Shown here: one piece after another, positions 40,615 to 50,691 of the stretch
How the letters are laid out: every line of letters starts with the position of its first letter
Position numbering within the stretch: the stretch's first letter is position 1
IMG/VR virus record: IMGVR_UViG_3300024261_000020
Location: 1 to 64,000 of that record
DNA from: an uncultured virus (IMG/VR IMGVR_UViG_3300024261_000020)
Lineage: Duplodnaviria; Heunggongvirae; Uroviricota; Caudoviricetes
DNA: 64,000 nucleotides
Strand: one strand, 5' to 3'
Program-made: the position numbers and the translations under genes
Notes under the pieces: generated by a model
What the model was told of the DNA's origin: nothing
What the model saw: only the letters and a program-made list of their open reading frames with translations
Databases searched by the model: none

Positions 40615-40845
40615 TTAACGTTTGAAAAAGGTGTTCTTATCCTTTGGTTTAATGTGCTGCATTATAAGATTCTTTGCAAATCTATATTTTTCAGCTTCGG
40701 TAACAAGCGCAATGTAAACAGTGTCCTTCTTGTATTCTTCTTCCGCAACACCAGCATTTTTAGCAAGAGCGACATATTCGTTGATCTTCTCTTGTTGCTG
40801 ATTATGTTGCGCCTCAGTTATTCTATAGAACTCACTAAGGGTCAT
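40615..40845 (-). CDS. Hypothetical protein
   Basis: 76 aa, translationally coupled. Confidence 0.5.
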   Translation of the reverse strand: MTLSEFYRITEAQHNQQQEKINEYVALAKNAGVAEEEYKKDTVYIALVTEAEKYRFAKNLIMQHIKPKDKNTFFKR

Positions 40846-41219
40846 TACTTTGCCTTCGTTCTTTTCTTTGCACCCTTAGCATTGGCCTGAAGTTTCATAA
40901 GCTTTACTTCATTCTGCTTAAGCTCCTTCCTCACTTTTATGATCTCATTTTTGAGATAAAGATTTGAGCGGAACAATAAACTAATGAGCCCGAATATTCC
41001 TGCTCCCGGCTCATCCATCAGAGAATCCAAATCGCTTGCGCCTCTAATCATCTTATCAAGAGCGTGTTGCTCTCTTTTCTTGTAGGCTACGTTCTGATTG
41101 TCTGGATGAACGCTATCTTTAAGGACAGCTTTGTATTCATCAATCGCCCTCAGCATATCTGTTTGGGCGTCTCTAATTTTTTTTGACTCCATATATTTGG
41201 AGCTTGGTGTTTCAGCCAT
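40845..41219 (-). CDS. Hypothetical protein
   Basis: 124 aa, overlaps neighbours. Confidence 0.55.
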   Translation of the reverse strand: MAETPSSKYMESKKIRDAQTDMLRAIDEYKAVLKDSVHPDNQNVAYKKREQHALDKMIRGASDLDSLMDEPGAGIFGLISLLFRSNLYLKNEIIKVRKELKQNEVKLMKLQANAKGAKKRTKAK

Positions 41220-41556
41220 GTTTAGTGTAATCCTCTTTCATAATTAAAATCATGTAGTGCCCACATTTTCTATGCATTTGCATAAAACCCTGTATGTTGA
41301 AAAGCATCTTCTGTGGTATAGCACCATAATCCCGATGTATCATTGCTAATGTATTAGCAACCTTATTCCTATTATACATGGCCTTTTCAAATAATTCACA
41401 TGGGCCTTCGAGGAATTGTAATAGCCTAGCATAAGTTCCGTCGCCAAGCTCTTCAAGGTCTATAACGACATTTGATATCCCCGTACAGTTGATGAACCCA
41501 TCTTTTCCGCAGTGTCCATTGCATCCGAGGATCAAATATGCTTCTAATTTTTCCAC
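41212..41556 (-). CDS. Hypothetical Cys-containing protein
   Basis: 114 aa, GTG start with GGAG. Confidence 0.55.
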   Translation of the reverse strand: MEKLEAYLILGCNGHCGKDGFINCTGISNVVIDLEELGDGTYARLLQFLEGPCELFEKAMYNRNKVANTLAMIHRDYGAIPQKMLFNIQGFMQMHRKCGHYMILIMKEDYTKHG

Positions 41557-41600
41557 GTTGCTCCCCTTGGCCAGCAGGGGCGAAAAACCTTACCTGCATA

Positions 41601-41630
41601 CTTATAACCCCTTGTGGGAAATTTAGAAAA
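41601..41630 (-). promoter_or_regulatory. Putative promoter, class TTTTCYAA..TATAAG
   Basis: 26/30 identical to 55212-55241; intergenic. Confidence 0.6.
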
Positions 41631-41657
41631 CTTCGCTCATTCGTAGGCAAAGATATC

Positions 41658-42959
41658 TTAGTAATACCAGGTTAGTTCTGCTTTGATAAATTCAGCCCGA
41701 CCCCTGTTAGTACCATTATCAAAGTCACCAATGCCAGATGAGAAACCTGTAGTTCCAGTCATTCTTATACTTAAAAGTCCGACACCACTTTTGCCTAAAG
41801 TCTGCTCCGGCCAAGTCAGAATGTAATATCTGTTAGGCCCTGTTACAGCAGTGGAAGCCACCGCGATACCTGTTGTCCAAAGATTCATACCGGAAGCGGT
41901 AATATCTTGGTCATCTTCAATCGTTCCTTTATCAACGTTGTCTGCTTGGGTCTCATTAGAACCTATTTCCAAACTGATTGTAAAAGTAGGATCAGGATTT
42001 AGTGCTGCGAGATAAGCTGTTCCCTGATCTGCTGCAATGAAGTATGATTTAAACACAACCTTATCTGGCCTATCTCCAAATGCATTCTCCGGAATAGGTA
42101 CAGTCGCATAAACATAATCATCATCAGCAACGATCTGATAGGTATATGACAAATCACTGCCGCCACCATCTGTATAATGTCTTGTCTGTACTGTGCCCCA
42201 TCCGGCCGGCGAATTACCATTAACCCAAGCGTCAAGACCAAGAAGCTGATACGTCATAGAGTGTTGTGCTCTAAACTTAACTATGTCACCTGATGCGTCA
42301 CCAGTGATGTCCATACCATAACCAGCTTCAAGAGTTACGGTATCTCTCGCAAGATCCGACTCAAGAGGGCCTGTTCCTGAAAACTGTCCCGTCTCTCCGG
42401 ACGTTGCTCCCATGGCCACAATTCCAAAACTCTGTGCAGTGCTGCTAATTGTAAGCGAATCATTTGTTAAGTCTGTGAGAATATCAATTCCGGAACCAGC
42501 TTTGATATTAACCGTATCTTCAGATGAATCTGCTTCAATGTCTCCGGCACCATCGCCTGAAACCGAGCCTCCATCTGCCGAGAGTTGTAGTGTCGAATAA
42601 CCAATGGGTTGATCGATGTCAAGGTAGTAATACGTTGTCCCATCGATGACTTCCGATTCCGGAATGGCATCTGAGGCATCTGTGAAACTTGCAACATTTC
42701 TTTTCGTAACCGCATCATCAGCTAAGTTCGAATTCGTTAACTGGTCGGTAACGTGATTTACAAGATGTACTTTCTGAGAATGACCATCGGCATTCTCCCC
42801 ATCATGGACGTGTCCTGCTACGCGAGGATCATCTGCGTCCAATGCATCACCTTCCGTCGTGCCGTACAGTCCGCCATACATTGCGTTGGCGAAGTCTGCG
42901 GTTACGATGGTCTGTGACCTTACAAATTTTGTCAATTTAGTTGAGCTGTCTGTTGCCAT
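41658..42959 (-). CDS. Probable structural (tail/fibre-like) protein
   Basis: Gly/Ser/Thr/Asp-rich, GHVHDG motif, repeated DTVxxxAGxGxDIx units. Confidence 0.5.
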   Translation of the reverse strand: MATDSSTKLTKFVRSQTIVTADFANAMYGGLYGTTEGDALDADDPRVAGHVHDGENADGHSQKVHLVNHVTDQLTNSNLADDAVTKRNVASFTDASDAIPESEVIDGTTYYYLDIDQPIGYSTLQLSADGGSVSGDGAGDIEADSSEDTVNIKAGSGIDILTDLTNDSLTISSTAQSFGIVAMGATSGETGQFSGTGPLESDLARDTVTLEAGYGMDITGDASGDIVKFRAQHSMTYQLLGLDAWVNGNSPAGWGTVQTRHYTDGGGSDLSYTYQIVADDDYVYATVPIPENAFGDRPDKVVFKSYFIAADQGTAYLAALNPDPTFTISLEIGSNETQADNVDKGTIEDDQDITASGMNLWTTGIAVASTAVTGPNRYYILTWPEQTLGKSGVGLLSIRMTGTTGFSSGIGDFDNGTNRGRAEFIKAELTWYY

Positions 42960-42980
42960 AGTAATCCTACCTCTTCAGTC

Positions 42981-43286
42981 TTATTCTGAATCTTCACTAT
43001 AAGACAGATCTTTTAGTAGTTTTTTCACAACGTTGCTCGTCTTAAACCTCATTGACTTATAAGGCTTAAGCATCATCTCTTCTTGATTTTTTGGATTTCG
43101 AACAGGACGTGACTTATGCTCGTACAAATAAAACTTTCCAAATCCTACGATTGAGATGTCCTGTCCCTTCTTCAGTTCTTCAAGCACAATGCTGAAGAGT
43201 TTATCCACTACCTGATCAGCCTCTTTCTGTGTTAGGAGTGTGCTTTTCGCTAACTTTTTGGCTAAGACTTTCTTGTTTATCATCAT
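42981..43286 (-). CDS. HU/IHF-family DNA-binding protein
   Basis: NKKVL..LA, ISIVGFGKF, RNPKN, FKTS. Confidence 0.88.
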   Translation of the reverse strand: MMINKKVLAKKLAKSTLLTQKEADQVVDKLFSIVLEELKKGQDISIVGFGKFYLYEHKSRPVRNPKNQEEMMLKPYKSMRFKTSNVVKKLLKDLSYSEDSE

Positions 43287-43692
43287 TTTTTCCTATTTGA
43301 TAATTACATATCTTTTCAATATGCGTTAGAAAATCTGTCTCGCCAAAAATGTGCTTTAATCTATTGCACCAATGACAACACGCATCAACATTTTCTATCA
43401 AGTAGCCTTGGTTGTTGTCTATTCTGTCTAAACTAATCGGAGTAACGCTTACTCCGCAGTATCGGCAAGACTTACCGTGAAAGGAAAAGAACTGTTCTCT
43501 GCTAAGTTTAAACTCTAAACTTCTGCGGCGTGCGTCCCTCTTGTATTTTTTAAATCTACTTTCGGGTTTATGGTCAGAAACCTTTCTATGATCTCTGTAG
43601 CAACCAACACAGGTTCCTCTTCTTTTTCCTTTACCAGAACGGTAATAATTTTCTAATGGCTTTGGTTCGCCACATTTTTTGCAAACTTTCAT
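43216..43692 (-). CDS. HNH-type homing endonuclease
   Basis: CKKC..CVGC, CRYC, SLDRIDNNQGY..NV..CCHWCN; same family as 13474-13944. Confidence 0.8.
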   Translation of the reverse strand: MKVCKKCGEPKPLENYYRSGKGKRRGTCVGCYRDHRKVSDHKPESRFKKYKRDARRRSLEFKLSREQFFSFHGKSCRYCGVSVTPISLDRIDNNQGYLIENVDACCHWCNRLKHIFGETDFLTHIEKICNYQIGKNDDKQESLSQKVSEKHTPNTERG

Positions 43693-43727
43693 ATTTTACA
43701 CAACCAATACAGCAGGCAATAAAACAT

Positions 43728-43931
43728 TTATAGAATATGGTCTGAAAAATTACCTGAATACTTTTCAGACTTTTTCAAGTCGTTATCTATATTCGATCCC
43801 ATCTTTTCATACTTCTCGCGAATTCGAGAAATTTCTTCATCAGACATATTCGATACATCTAAACCGTAGTTCTTATACATCTTGATGATCTTCTTCGTCA
43901 AGACATCGAGTTTGCTTTCAGACATCATCAT
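43728..43931 (-). CDS. Hypothetical protein
   Basis: 67 aa, RBS AAGGA. Confidence 0.5.
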   Translation of the reverse strand: MMMSESKLDVLTKKIIKMYKNYGLDVSNMSDEEISRIREKYEKMGSNIDNDLKKSEKYSGNFSDHIL

Positions 43932-43936
43932 AATCC

Positions 43937-44191
43937 TTACCCTAACGGTTTATTATTTACGTTAACGAGGACTCTCTGACCCTTCTTTGCACCCGCTGCC
44001 TTCACAACTGTGCGGAGGGCGCTTGCCACGCGACCTTCCTTACCTATAAGCTTACCGACATCGTCTTTGCCTACAGTAATCGTGAACAGAAGTCCACTGT
44101 CAGTTTCTTCCTCGACAATCTCTACCGTGTCTGTGTTGTCAACAATTGAGGACACCACACCTTCGACTAATTCTCTGATCGATAACATCAT
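43937..44191 (-). CDS. khpA: KH-domain RNA-binding protein (KhpA-like)
   Basis: DDVGKLIGKEGRVASALRTVV, single KH domain. Confidence 0.85.
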   Translation of the reverse strand: MMLSIRELVEGVVSSIVDNTDTVEIVEEETDSGLLFTITVGKDDVGKLIGKEGRVASALRTVVKAAGAKKGQRVLVNVNNKPLG

Positions 44192-44679
44192 CCGTTCTCC
44201 ATGATATCCACAACTTTTACCCCAATGGATTCTTTGGGTGGGATTACTATGTGAAGCAAGCCATGCTCAATGCTGGCCATAGCTTTATAACAATCAAATG
44301 CATCTGAAATAGCATGACTAACTTTGAAGCTTCTGCGAGCAATTCCTCTCGAAATGGCGCCCTTCTGAATAACCTGCTTAGCAGTTTTTGTATATTCATC
44401 CATAGCATCATCGCTCTCTTTAATAACTGGCTGCTCAGGTGATACCTCAGCAATTCCGTTACTGGAAATAGTCAAGGTGCTCGATGCGATTTGTACCAAA
44501 AGGTCTTTTGGACCGTATCCGGCAAGCGCAAAAGACATATTAAAACCTCTTTCATCAACCCACTGGTCATTCTTTGGAAAACAATTTACAGAAACCCTGG
44601 CCGACTTGCAGGTCACATTAAAAAATTTGTCATCTTCCCACAATAATCTCATTACTTTTTCGGGAACCGAATATCTCAT
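44188..44679 (-). CDS. Small heat-shock protein (Hsp20/IbpA-like)
   Basis: FALAGY, RGIARRSF, ASIEHGLLHI. Confidence 0.8.
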   Translation of the reverse strand: MRYSVPEKVMRLLWEDDKFFNVTCKSARVSVNCFPKNDQWVDERGFNMSFALAGYGPKDLLVQIASSTLTISSNGIAEVSPEQPVIKESDDAMDEYTKTAKQVIQKGAISRGIARRSFKVSHAISDAFDCYKAMASIEHGLLHIVIPPKESIGVKVVDIMENG

Positions 44680-45002
44680 TATTCTTCCTCATCATCTATG
44701 TATTCAACCTGAGCTTCCTTTACAGTGATTGATGCATGGAGATATTCCATAACACTCCCAAATGTATAACTCAGTAAACTAACTACTGCGCCACCAGCAA
44801 TTAAGCCAATGCCTGTGTAGCCAAGTGATAGTAAGGCTCCTACCCAAAAACCAGAGCAAAGCATGCATCCCAATAAGCCGGACAGAAAATCAGACTTACT
44901 TGTCAACATATCTCTAACCCTGTCAAGGATTGATGCGTTAACCACAACATTAGTTATACCTGTGCCAATAAGAATAAACAATATTAGGTTAACAAATGTC
45001 AT
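44679..45002 (-). CDS. Membrane protein (DUF1360-like)
   Basis: Hydrophobic helices and LLGCMLCSGFW. Confidence 0.55.
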   Translation of the reverse strand: MTFVNLILFILIGTGITNVVVNASILDRVRDMLTSKSDFLSGLLGCMLCSGFWVGALLSLGYTGIGLIAGGAVVSLLSYTFGSVMEYLHASITVKEAQVEYIDDEEE

Positions 45003-45739
45003 GTGTTTTCCTTTTGATTATCAACAAATAACGCCGTACCTTCAAGGTTCGAATCTAGGTATTCAATGGCAGAGCCACCGTACAATAAAATCCTATATCT
45101 TGAAGCCCAAATCTCTTCATCTTCTGAGTAGCGTTGGGCAAACTCACCTTCTCTTGTAGGTTCCAATCTTAGATAACCCTTAAAGCCTCCGTTTACTTCG
45201 GATAGCTTGATATATAAAGCGTTACCTTTAATAGAAGTCGAATCGATCACGGCAGGGCAAATGTCCTCTGCGAGATCCTCAACATCATCAGCGAAGGCTG
45301 AGTAATCAGCAATTATCGCACCGACATATTCATCGAAAAAATTCTTAACAGGAATGAGGTCTATCATTAAATCGTCTGGATACTTCTCATCTATATCAAT
45401 CTTAACATCAAAGAGCTGCTCCAACACTTTTTCGCTGGTCCTAACTAAATGAAGCCTGTTAGCCTCAGAAATCTCTCCCCATGGCGGCCCAGGCTCTTTA
45501 GTTTGCGGAAGCAAATGTTGATAGTTATCGTAGAACAATTTGGCTAACTGCTCTCCGCTAACCGAATTAACGGGTAGCTCGTGAGACTCTACGCCGTCAG
45601 CGAAATCCATCGCATCAATCGCAAAATCTTCCTCCGCTAAACTGAGATCAAACGTTAAGTCATTCTTGATCCTCTGTTTTATGTTGCTCAAGCGTCTTAC
45701 GCATTTCTTGAGCAATCCAAATATGTTCGGTTTGTGCAT
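44999..45739 (-). CDS. Hypothetical protein (true start probably near 45610)
   Basis: Acidic ORF; the 5' part overlaps thyX. Confidence 0.55.
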   Translation of the reverse strand: MHKPNIFGLLKKCVRRLSNIKQRIKNDLTFDLSLAEEDFAIDAMDFADGVESHELPVNSVSGEQLAKLFYDNYQHLLPQTKEPGPPWGEISEANRLHLVRTSEKVLEQLFDVKIDIDEKYPDDLMIDLIPVKNFFDEYVGAIIADYSAFADDVEDLAEDICPAVIDSTSIKGNALYIKLSEVNGGFKGYLRLEPTREGEFAQRYSEDEEIWASRYRILLYGGSAIEYLDSNLEGTALFVDNQKENT

Positions 45740-46646
45740 GTTCAGAATCCCTTAGTCTTAGATAATTATCATAAAAGTCATCTAAGTAATAAGTGATGTA
45801 GAGTTCCGTCATCCGCCCTTCTGGAAGAATGAATCTGGCTACCTCTCGCATCCTCTTATACTCATCATTAGATATTACCTCATCATCACGAGATTTCTTT
45901 GCTTTTCTCATAAATTGTAGATATCTTGCGATACATGCCTCAGCAGAACCCATATACTTATCGAGGTTTTCTCCCATACGTGCAGCGATCTCTGCACAAT
46001 CGTCAGGCGTCTCGAACAATTCCTGCCTAATCGTCTTGTACCTGCCGCTCACCTGATTATATGAACCGCTCCTGTGGCGCAGGATCTGCACTGAGATCGA
46101 CAGCGGACACTTCACTCTCCATGATGCTCGACTATGTTCTCTGGAACCACCGTCGTGAAACTGTACCAACTGAACGGACATGTTATGCTCGCCTAAAAGA
46201 TCGGCCTCCAACTCTTCTGCGAAGTGTTCCTCAATTGGACCAAAGCTGGTGAGAATCAGAGCAAGTTCTGGGCGTTGCTCTGCAAAAGCGTCCCAAAGTA
46301 TTCCAAAATCAACATCATCGTCCTCTCTTGGTGTAAGGGTCATCTTGCAGAAATTCAAAAGATCGATTGTTGCAATAGCGTCATCATCTTCTAATGTAAA
46401 TTTCGCAAATTTGTTTACTGCGAAATCAAGAAAAACATCTTCTACCTCTCTATTCTCAGCATCTACAAAGTCAGTGAACGTAAGAGTTATTCCCTCTAAA
46501 GGAGAGGTGTGATGATGTTCCACAAGGAACTGCACAACTCGAATCTTATCCTCATGCGTGCGTGCGTTTGCGCGCATCTCATTTACGGTTGATATCCATG
46601 CAGAGTGAGCAATGAAATCAACATCCCCTGTTACCTTTAACTTCAT
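45660..46646 (-). CDS. thyX: Flavin-dependent thymidylate synthase
   Basis: HTSPLE, QILRHRSGSYNQVSGRY, EVARFILP, HAQTE. Confidence 0.9.
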   Translation of the reverse strand: MKLKVTGDVDFIAHSAWISTVNEMRANARTHEDKIRVVQFLVEHHHTSPLEGITLTFTDFVDAENREVEDVFLDFAVNKFAKFTLEDDDAIATIDLLNFCKMTLTPREDDDVDFGILWDAFAEQRPELALILTSFGPIEEHFAEELEADLLGEHNMSVQLVQFHDGGSREHSRASWRVKCPLSISVQILRHRSGSYNQVSGRYKTIRQELFETPDDCAEIAARMGENLDKYMGSAEACIARYLQFMRKAKKSRDDEVISNDEYKRMREVARFILPEGRMTELYITYYLDDFYDNYLRLRDSEHAQTEHIWIAQEMRKTLEQHKTEDQE

Positions 46647-47839
46647 GATTCCTCCGGTCTAACTACCATCAAGAGTTCTTTCTCTCTATCAAAATATCTC
46701 TGAGCAGACTCTCTGATGTCCTCTCTGGTTAAGGCAGCTACGCCCTCTGAGACTGCATCAATATCGCTGAGCCCAAAGAAGGCCCTCTTGGTTGCCCAAC
46801 TAACTGCACTCTTGCTATTTTCTGCCAAAGAATATGTCTGTGCTCTAAACTGATTTTGAGAACGAAGAAGCTCCTCTTCGGTGATTAATTCATTCTGCAT
46901 CTTTTCAACTTCGTCATTCACAAGTCCAACGAGTTTATCGACATTCTCCGCCCTTGTTGAGGAATTGATAACGATAGATCCCTGATCTCTAAACGCAACA
47001 CCTCCTGCATGAATGCCATAGCATAGACCATGCTTCTCTCTTATATTCTCAAAGAGTCTGCTGTCCATTCCACTTCCAAGGATTGAAAGCATAACGGAGT
47101 CTGCTGCCTCGTTATCAGTACCATAGGTTCTGCCAGGATAACACATCCATACATATGCGTGCTCGATCAATGGCCTTGTGAGATTCATCTGCCTTGCCCC
47201 TCCATATTCCGGAGAGTAAACAGGAACATTATGAGCTACATTTTTCGAATTTCTTCCGAAGTATTTTCTCATCAGCTTTCCGGCCTCTCTCTTGCCAAGG
47301 CAGGAACTCATCGCAACAACAGCATTCCTTCTGCTGTAGAATTTCTTGTAGAACTTCTTAAGCTCTGGAAGAGTAAATCCTTCGATTGACTCCTTAGTTC
47401 CAATGACTGTAGAGGATAATCTGCCAGTGAAGAAGTCTCCAGCAAAGGAGTCCCAAAGGAAAGTGTCAATACTTGCCTGCCCCTCCGCTTCCTCCTCAAG
47501 AACGACCTCTCTTTCCTTCAAGAATTCATCCTCTGGGAAAGTAGAGTTGGTGGTGATGTCGGACAAGATAGCCATGGCCTGCTCAAGGTTCTCATAAGGC
47601 ACTGTGATGAAGTAACTAACCATCTCATTCGAGGTAAAAGCATTAGTGCTTCCGCCTAAAAGGGCAATCTCTCTTGGTATCTCAATACTGGTCCTCGTCT
47701 CCGTACCTTTAAACATCATGTGCTCTAACATGTGTGCTAAACCAGGAGAAAACTTATCCCCTTCTGCTCTTGCTCCACCATCAAATGTGACCATGATGGT
47801 AGCCATCTTACTCGGAACCTTTTCATAAATTTGCAACAT
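46643..47839 (-). CDS. Peptidase M16 (pitrilysin-family zinc protease)
   Basis: GLAHMLEHMMFKGT, NAFTS, SRLFENIREKHGLCY. Confidence 0.92.
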   Translation of the reverse strand: MLQIYEKVPSKMATIMVTFDGGARAEGDKFSPGLAHMLEHMMFKGTETRTSIEIPREIALLGGSTNAFTSNEMVSYFITVPYENLEQAMAILSDITTNSTFPEDEFLKEREVVLEEEAEGQASIDTFLWDSFAGDFFTGRLSSTVIGTKESIEGFTLPELKKFYKKFYSRRNAVVAMSSCLGKREAGKLMRKYFGRNSKNVAHNVPVYSPEYGGARQMNLTRPLIEHAYVWMCYPGRTYGTDNEAADSVMLSILGSGMDSRLFENIREKHGLCYGIHAGGVAFRDQGSIVINSSTRAENVDKLVGLVNDEVEKMQNELITEEELLRSQNQFRAQTYSLAENSKSAVSWATKRAFFGLSDIDAVSEGVAALTREDIRESAQRYFDREKELLMVVRPEES

Positions 47840-47886
47840 TTTTCACTCCGTAAATGTATTGTTTTTCACCCCGCCCTCAAGCGGGG

Positions 47887-47920
47887 AAAGGGGTAGAGAC
47901 CCGGAAGTCTCTACCCCTTT
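47887..47920 (-). terminator. Rho-independent terminator
   Basis: Perfect 14-bp stem AAAGGGGTAGAGAC/GTCTCTACCCCTTT just after the vWA gene. Confidence 0.75.
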
Positions 47921-47924
47921 GTAC

Positions 47925-49199
47925 TCAACCTAATTCATTAAGCTGTATAACCCTTCCGTAAGGGGGCGGGTCAGCCCATGACGAATTGCGCGACAGAACC
48001 CACATCATTCTACAGCGTGGAGCGACAGGGAAACTGCACTCTCCATCTGTCATTACGATTAGTCCATCATACTTAAGATCATCAGCCATTCTGATAGGGG
48101 GACCGAAATCGGTTCCGCCTCTGCCATGCACTTTGATGCTGGCATTTTTCCTTGTGAATTTCTGAGGTTCTCCATGACATACCGCATCGAATGGAATTAC
48201 ATCAACCTGAACCTTACCTACCATTCCCGTCACTTCATCAATAAACATCTGAAGCTCTTTATCAGATACTGAGCCGGAGCAATCCAATGCGATTAGAAGC
48301 TTACTGGTATAACTCCTTTTCGTTCCAGGCTGGAGATACTTGTAGCGCCTGTTGGGACGCAGCCTTGTACTCTTCCTCCCGCATGAGACAACCTGCCCAA
48401 TAAAGAACTTAAGCTCTCTTTTCCAATTTACTAACGGCTTATTCGCCGCCATAATCTCTTCATGCAAATTCCCCGGAACCTTTCCCCAACCGACAGCATC
48501 CTGCGCCCTCATAGCCTCTTCTGATAAGTTACGAATCTTCTCTTTGATGATATCCTTCTGAGTCTGAGTCATATCTTCCCACATAGAGTGGTCGTCAAGT
48601 GCCTCTCCCTCAAGGGACTTAAAGAATGCATCAGCGATTTGTTCGTCAGTCATACCCTCCATCTGCTTCTTCATTCTCTTCGTCATCTCTTCACGTCGCT
48701 CTTTTAGGAGCTTGTAGTAAAGTTCTGCCGATTCATTCGAAGGAAGACCTTCCTTTTCGGGGAAATAAGCCCAACTCGGAATACCTTCGAGCTTGGGATT
48801 GATGGTCAAATCAGCCGCAATGTTATACATCTTGAAATTGGAACCGAAGTCTCTACCTCTGGTAAGGTGCTGAAGCAGAATGTGCATGGCTTCATGCTGT
48901 AATACTGCTCGCAACTCAATAGGATTTAGACTAAGCGTAAACTCGGGGTTATAGTATAGTCCGAGTTCAATCTTATTGACCGGACCAACACCCATCGTTG
49001 GAATGTTCCATGACTCAACCTTTCTAAGGTTAATGAGGGGAATGTAAAAGAGTGGAAAAGATAAAGTTAATCTTGAGATTCCAATTTCAAGTCTCTCAAG
49101 CCCCTCTCGGGACATAACCCTTCTTGCCGCAAGCAACTCCTTTTGAAGCCTTACCTTCTCTTCGTTTTCTTCCAGCTCTGTCTTTTCCATTTCACTCAT
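47925..49199 (-). CDS. Metallopeptidase-like plus vWA domain protein (DUF2201-type)
   Basis: HEAMH, NIAADLTIN, DDHSMW, MIDAS DCSGS, GRGGTDF, TDG. Confidence 0.85.
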   Translation of the reverse strand: MSEMEKTELEENEEKVRLQKELLAARRVMSREGLERLEIGISRLTLSFPLFYIPLINLRKVESWNIPTMGVGPVNKIELGLYYNPEFTLSLNPIELRAVLQHEAMHILLQHLTRGRDFGSNFKMYNIAADLTINPKLEGIPSWAYFPEKEGLPSNESAELYYKLLKERREEMTKRMKKQMEGMTDEQIADAFFKSLEGEALDDHSMWEDMTQTQKDIIKEKIRNLSEEAMRAQDAVGWGKVPGNLHEEIMAANKPLVNWKRELKFFIGQVVSCGRKSTRLRPNRRYKYLQPGTKRSYTSKLLIALDCSGSVSDKELQMFIDEVTGMVGKVQVDVIPFDAVCHGEPQKFTRKNASIKVHGRGGTDFGPPIRMADDLKYDGLIVMTDGECSFPVAPRCRMMWVLSRNSSWADPPPYGRVIQLNELG

Positions 49200-50273
49200 T
49201 TACGCATCCTTTTTTCTGTTGGTCGCATAAAGCTTTGTTACAAATTTCACGAAATCAGGATCGGTTTTCCTCATCTGAGAAAGATGCTTTCTAATTGACT
49301 TTGATCGACCAGCTTCCATCCATACGGATGACGCAATCTCTCTCGGAAGTATTCTCAGAGCCTTCTTCAGGTTCTCCAACTGCTCAGGCAGAATGTCCTT
49401 GTCCATAGTAGAGATAGCTCTACCAAGACCTCTCGCAATTGTCGCCATAGCCGAAGGGTCACCCTTCATTCTGTCAAGATCCTCTCTGATCTCATCAAAT
49501 TTATTCAGAATGTCATCACCGCTGATAAGCTTGAAATCCTTGAGATAGAATTCGGTAAATCTAATTCCTGCCGCTCTGCCAATCCAACCAAGACACAACT
49601 CTGTGATTTTGCCAGGATCCTTTGACTCCCAAAGACCAAGATGAGTCATAGCCTGATTAAACTTATCCCAACTTCTACGAGAAGGATATACCATACCCTG
49701 CTTCAGATCCTTTGGAGGGTCAAGATACTCTGGGCTAGACTGAATGAACTGTAGGATAGAGCCGTGAATGCCGGCTTCCTCTGCCCAGTCAAGCCACTCG
49801 TTTACTTCCGGATGGAAATCAACGATATAGAATCTGTCAAAAAGGGCTGGATCAAGCTCGCTGACCTGATATCTTTCGTCGCCGTTGATTGCAACAACAA
49901 CTCTCCATCCGTCAGGAAGATAATCTCCATCAAGCCTTCTATCAAGAACGATCTCGAAAACAGCCTGCTGCACCTCATTGTTAGCTCGGTTAAGCTCATC
50001 GAAAAATAGGTAGCCAGAGCTACTCATATCTCTTGGCCACCAACGTGGTTTGAAGAACTCCGTAGTCCGTGTTTCCTCATTTAGGAATGGCAGACCTTTG
50101 ATGTCTCCAACCTCACACTGAGAAAGTCTAACATCATGAAATTCAGCACCTAACATTTTAGATGCCTGTTTAACTAAGCTTGACTTGCCCATTCCGTGCG
50201 GCGAGATAATCAGAATCGACTGGTCATTCGGCATAGATAGTAATGAATCAAGTGTACTTTTAATTGTTGCCAT
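49200..50273 (-). CDS. MoxR-like AAA+ ATPase
   Basis: GMGKS, LFFDELNRA, LDPALFDRF, PSRRSW. Confidence 0.85.
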   Translation of the reverse strand: MATIKSTLDSLLSMPNDQSILIISPHGMGKSSLVKQASKMLGAEFHDVRLSQCEVGDIKGLPFLNEETRTTEFFKPRWWPRDMSSSGYLFFDELNRANNEVQQAVFEIVLDRRLDGDYLPDGWRVVVAINGDERYQVSELDPALFDRFYIVDFHPEVNEWLDWAEEAGIHGSILQFIQSSPEYLDPPKDLKQGMVYPSRRSWDKFNQAMTHLGLWESKDPGKITELCLGWIGRAAGIRFTEFYLKDFKLISGDDILNKFDEIREDLDRMKGDPSAMATIARGLGRAISTMDKDILPEQLENLKKALRILPREIASSVWMEAGRSKSIRKHLSQMRKTDPDFVKFVTKLYATNRKKDA

Positions 50274-50329
50274 AAGCTATATAACTCCTTTGTGAGTAGG
50301 GGGATGAAGACGCATTTCCTGCACGACCT

Positions 50330-50359
50330 CCTATAACCTCCTACGAGTAGCTTAGAAAA
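50330..50359 (-). promoter_or_regulatory. Putative promoter, same class as 41601 and 55212
   Basis: 21/30 identical to 41601-41630 with the same spacing of TTTTCTAA and GGTTATA. Confidence 0.45.
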
Positions 50360-50360
50360 A

Positions 50361-50690
50361 TTATTTCTCTAGGTGGTCTAAGATTCGGCTGTGTACCTTG
50401 ATCACTCGGGCGGAAGTTTTTGAAACATCCATTTGTATTTCGTGATCAGAGAAGTTGTGCATAATTTTTAACTGTTCTGTAATCATTTGGGTTATGTGGA
50501 GCACCTCTTCGGCTCTACTATATGTAATATAAGTCTCCTCAGGCTCCTCTGACTCGACACTGCCAGCCCTGCCTTCTTCCTCAGCATGGAGCCCTGCCAG
50601 ATATTTCTGAATACCTCCAATCCTTCCCTTAAGAACTCTAAACTCTTCCAGCACCTCTTCTACTGATGGTAACTTTTTATCTTCGCTCAT
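50361..50690 (-). CDS. Hypothetical protein
   Basis: 109 aa. Confidence 0.55.
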   Translation of the reverse strand: MSEDKKLPSVEEVLEEFRVLKGRIGGIQKYLAGLHAEEEGRAGSVESEEPEETYITYSRAEEVLHITQMITEQLKIMHNFSDHEIQMDVSKTSARVIKVHSRILDHLEK

Positions 50691-50691
50691 A

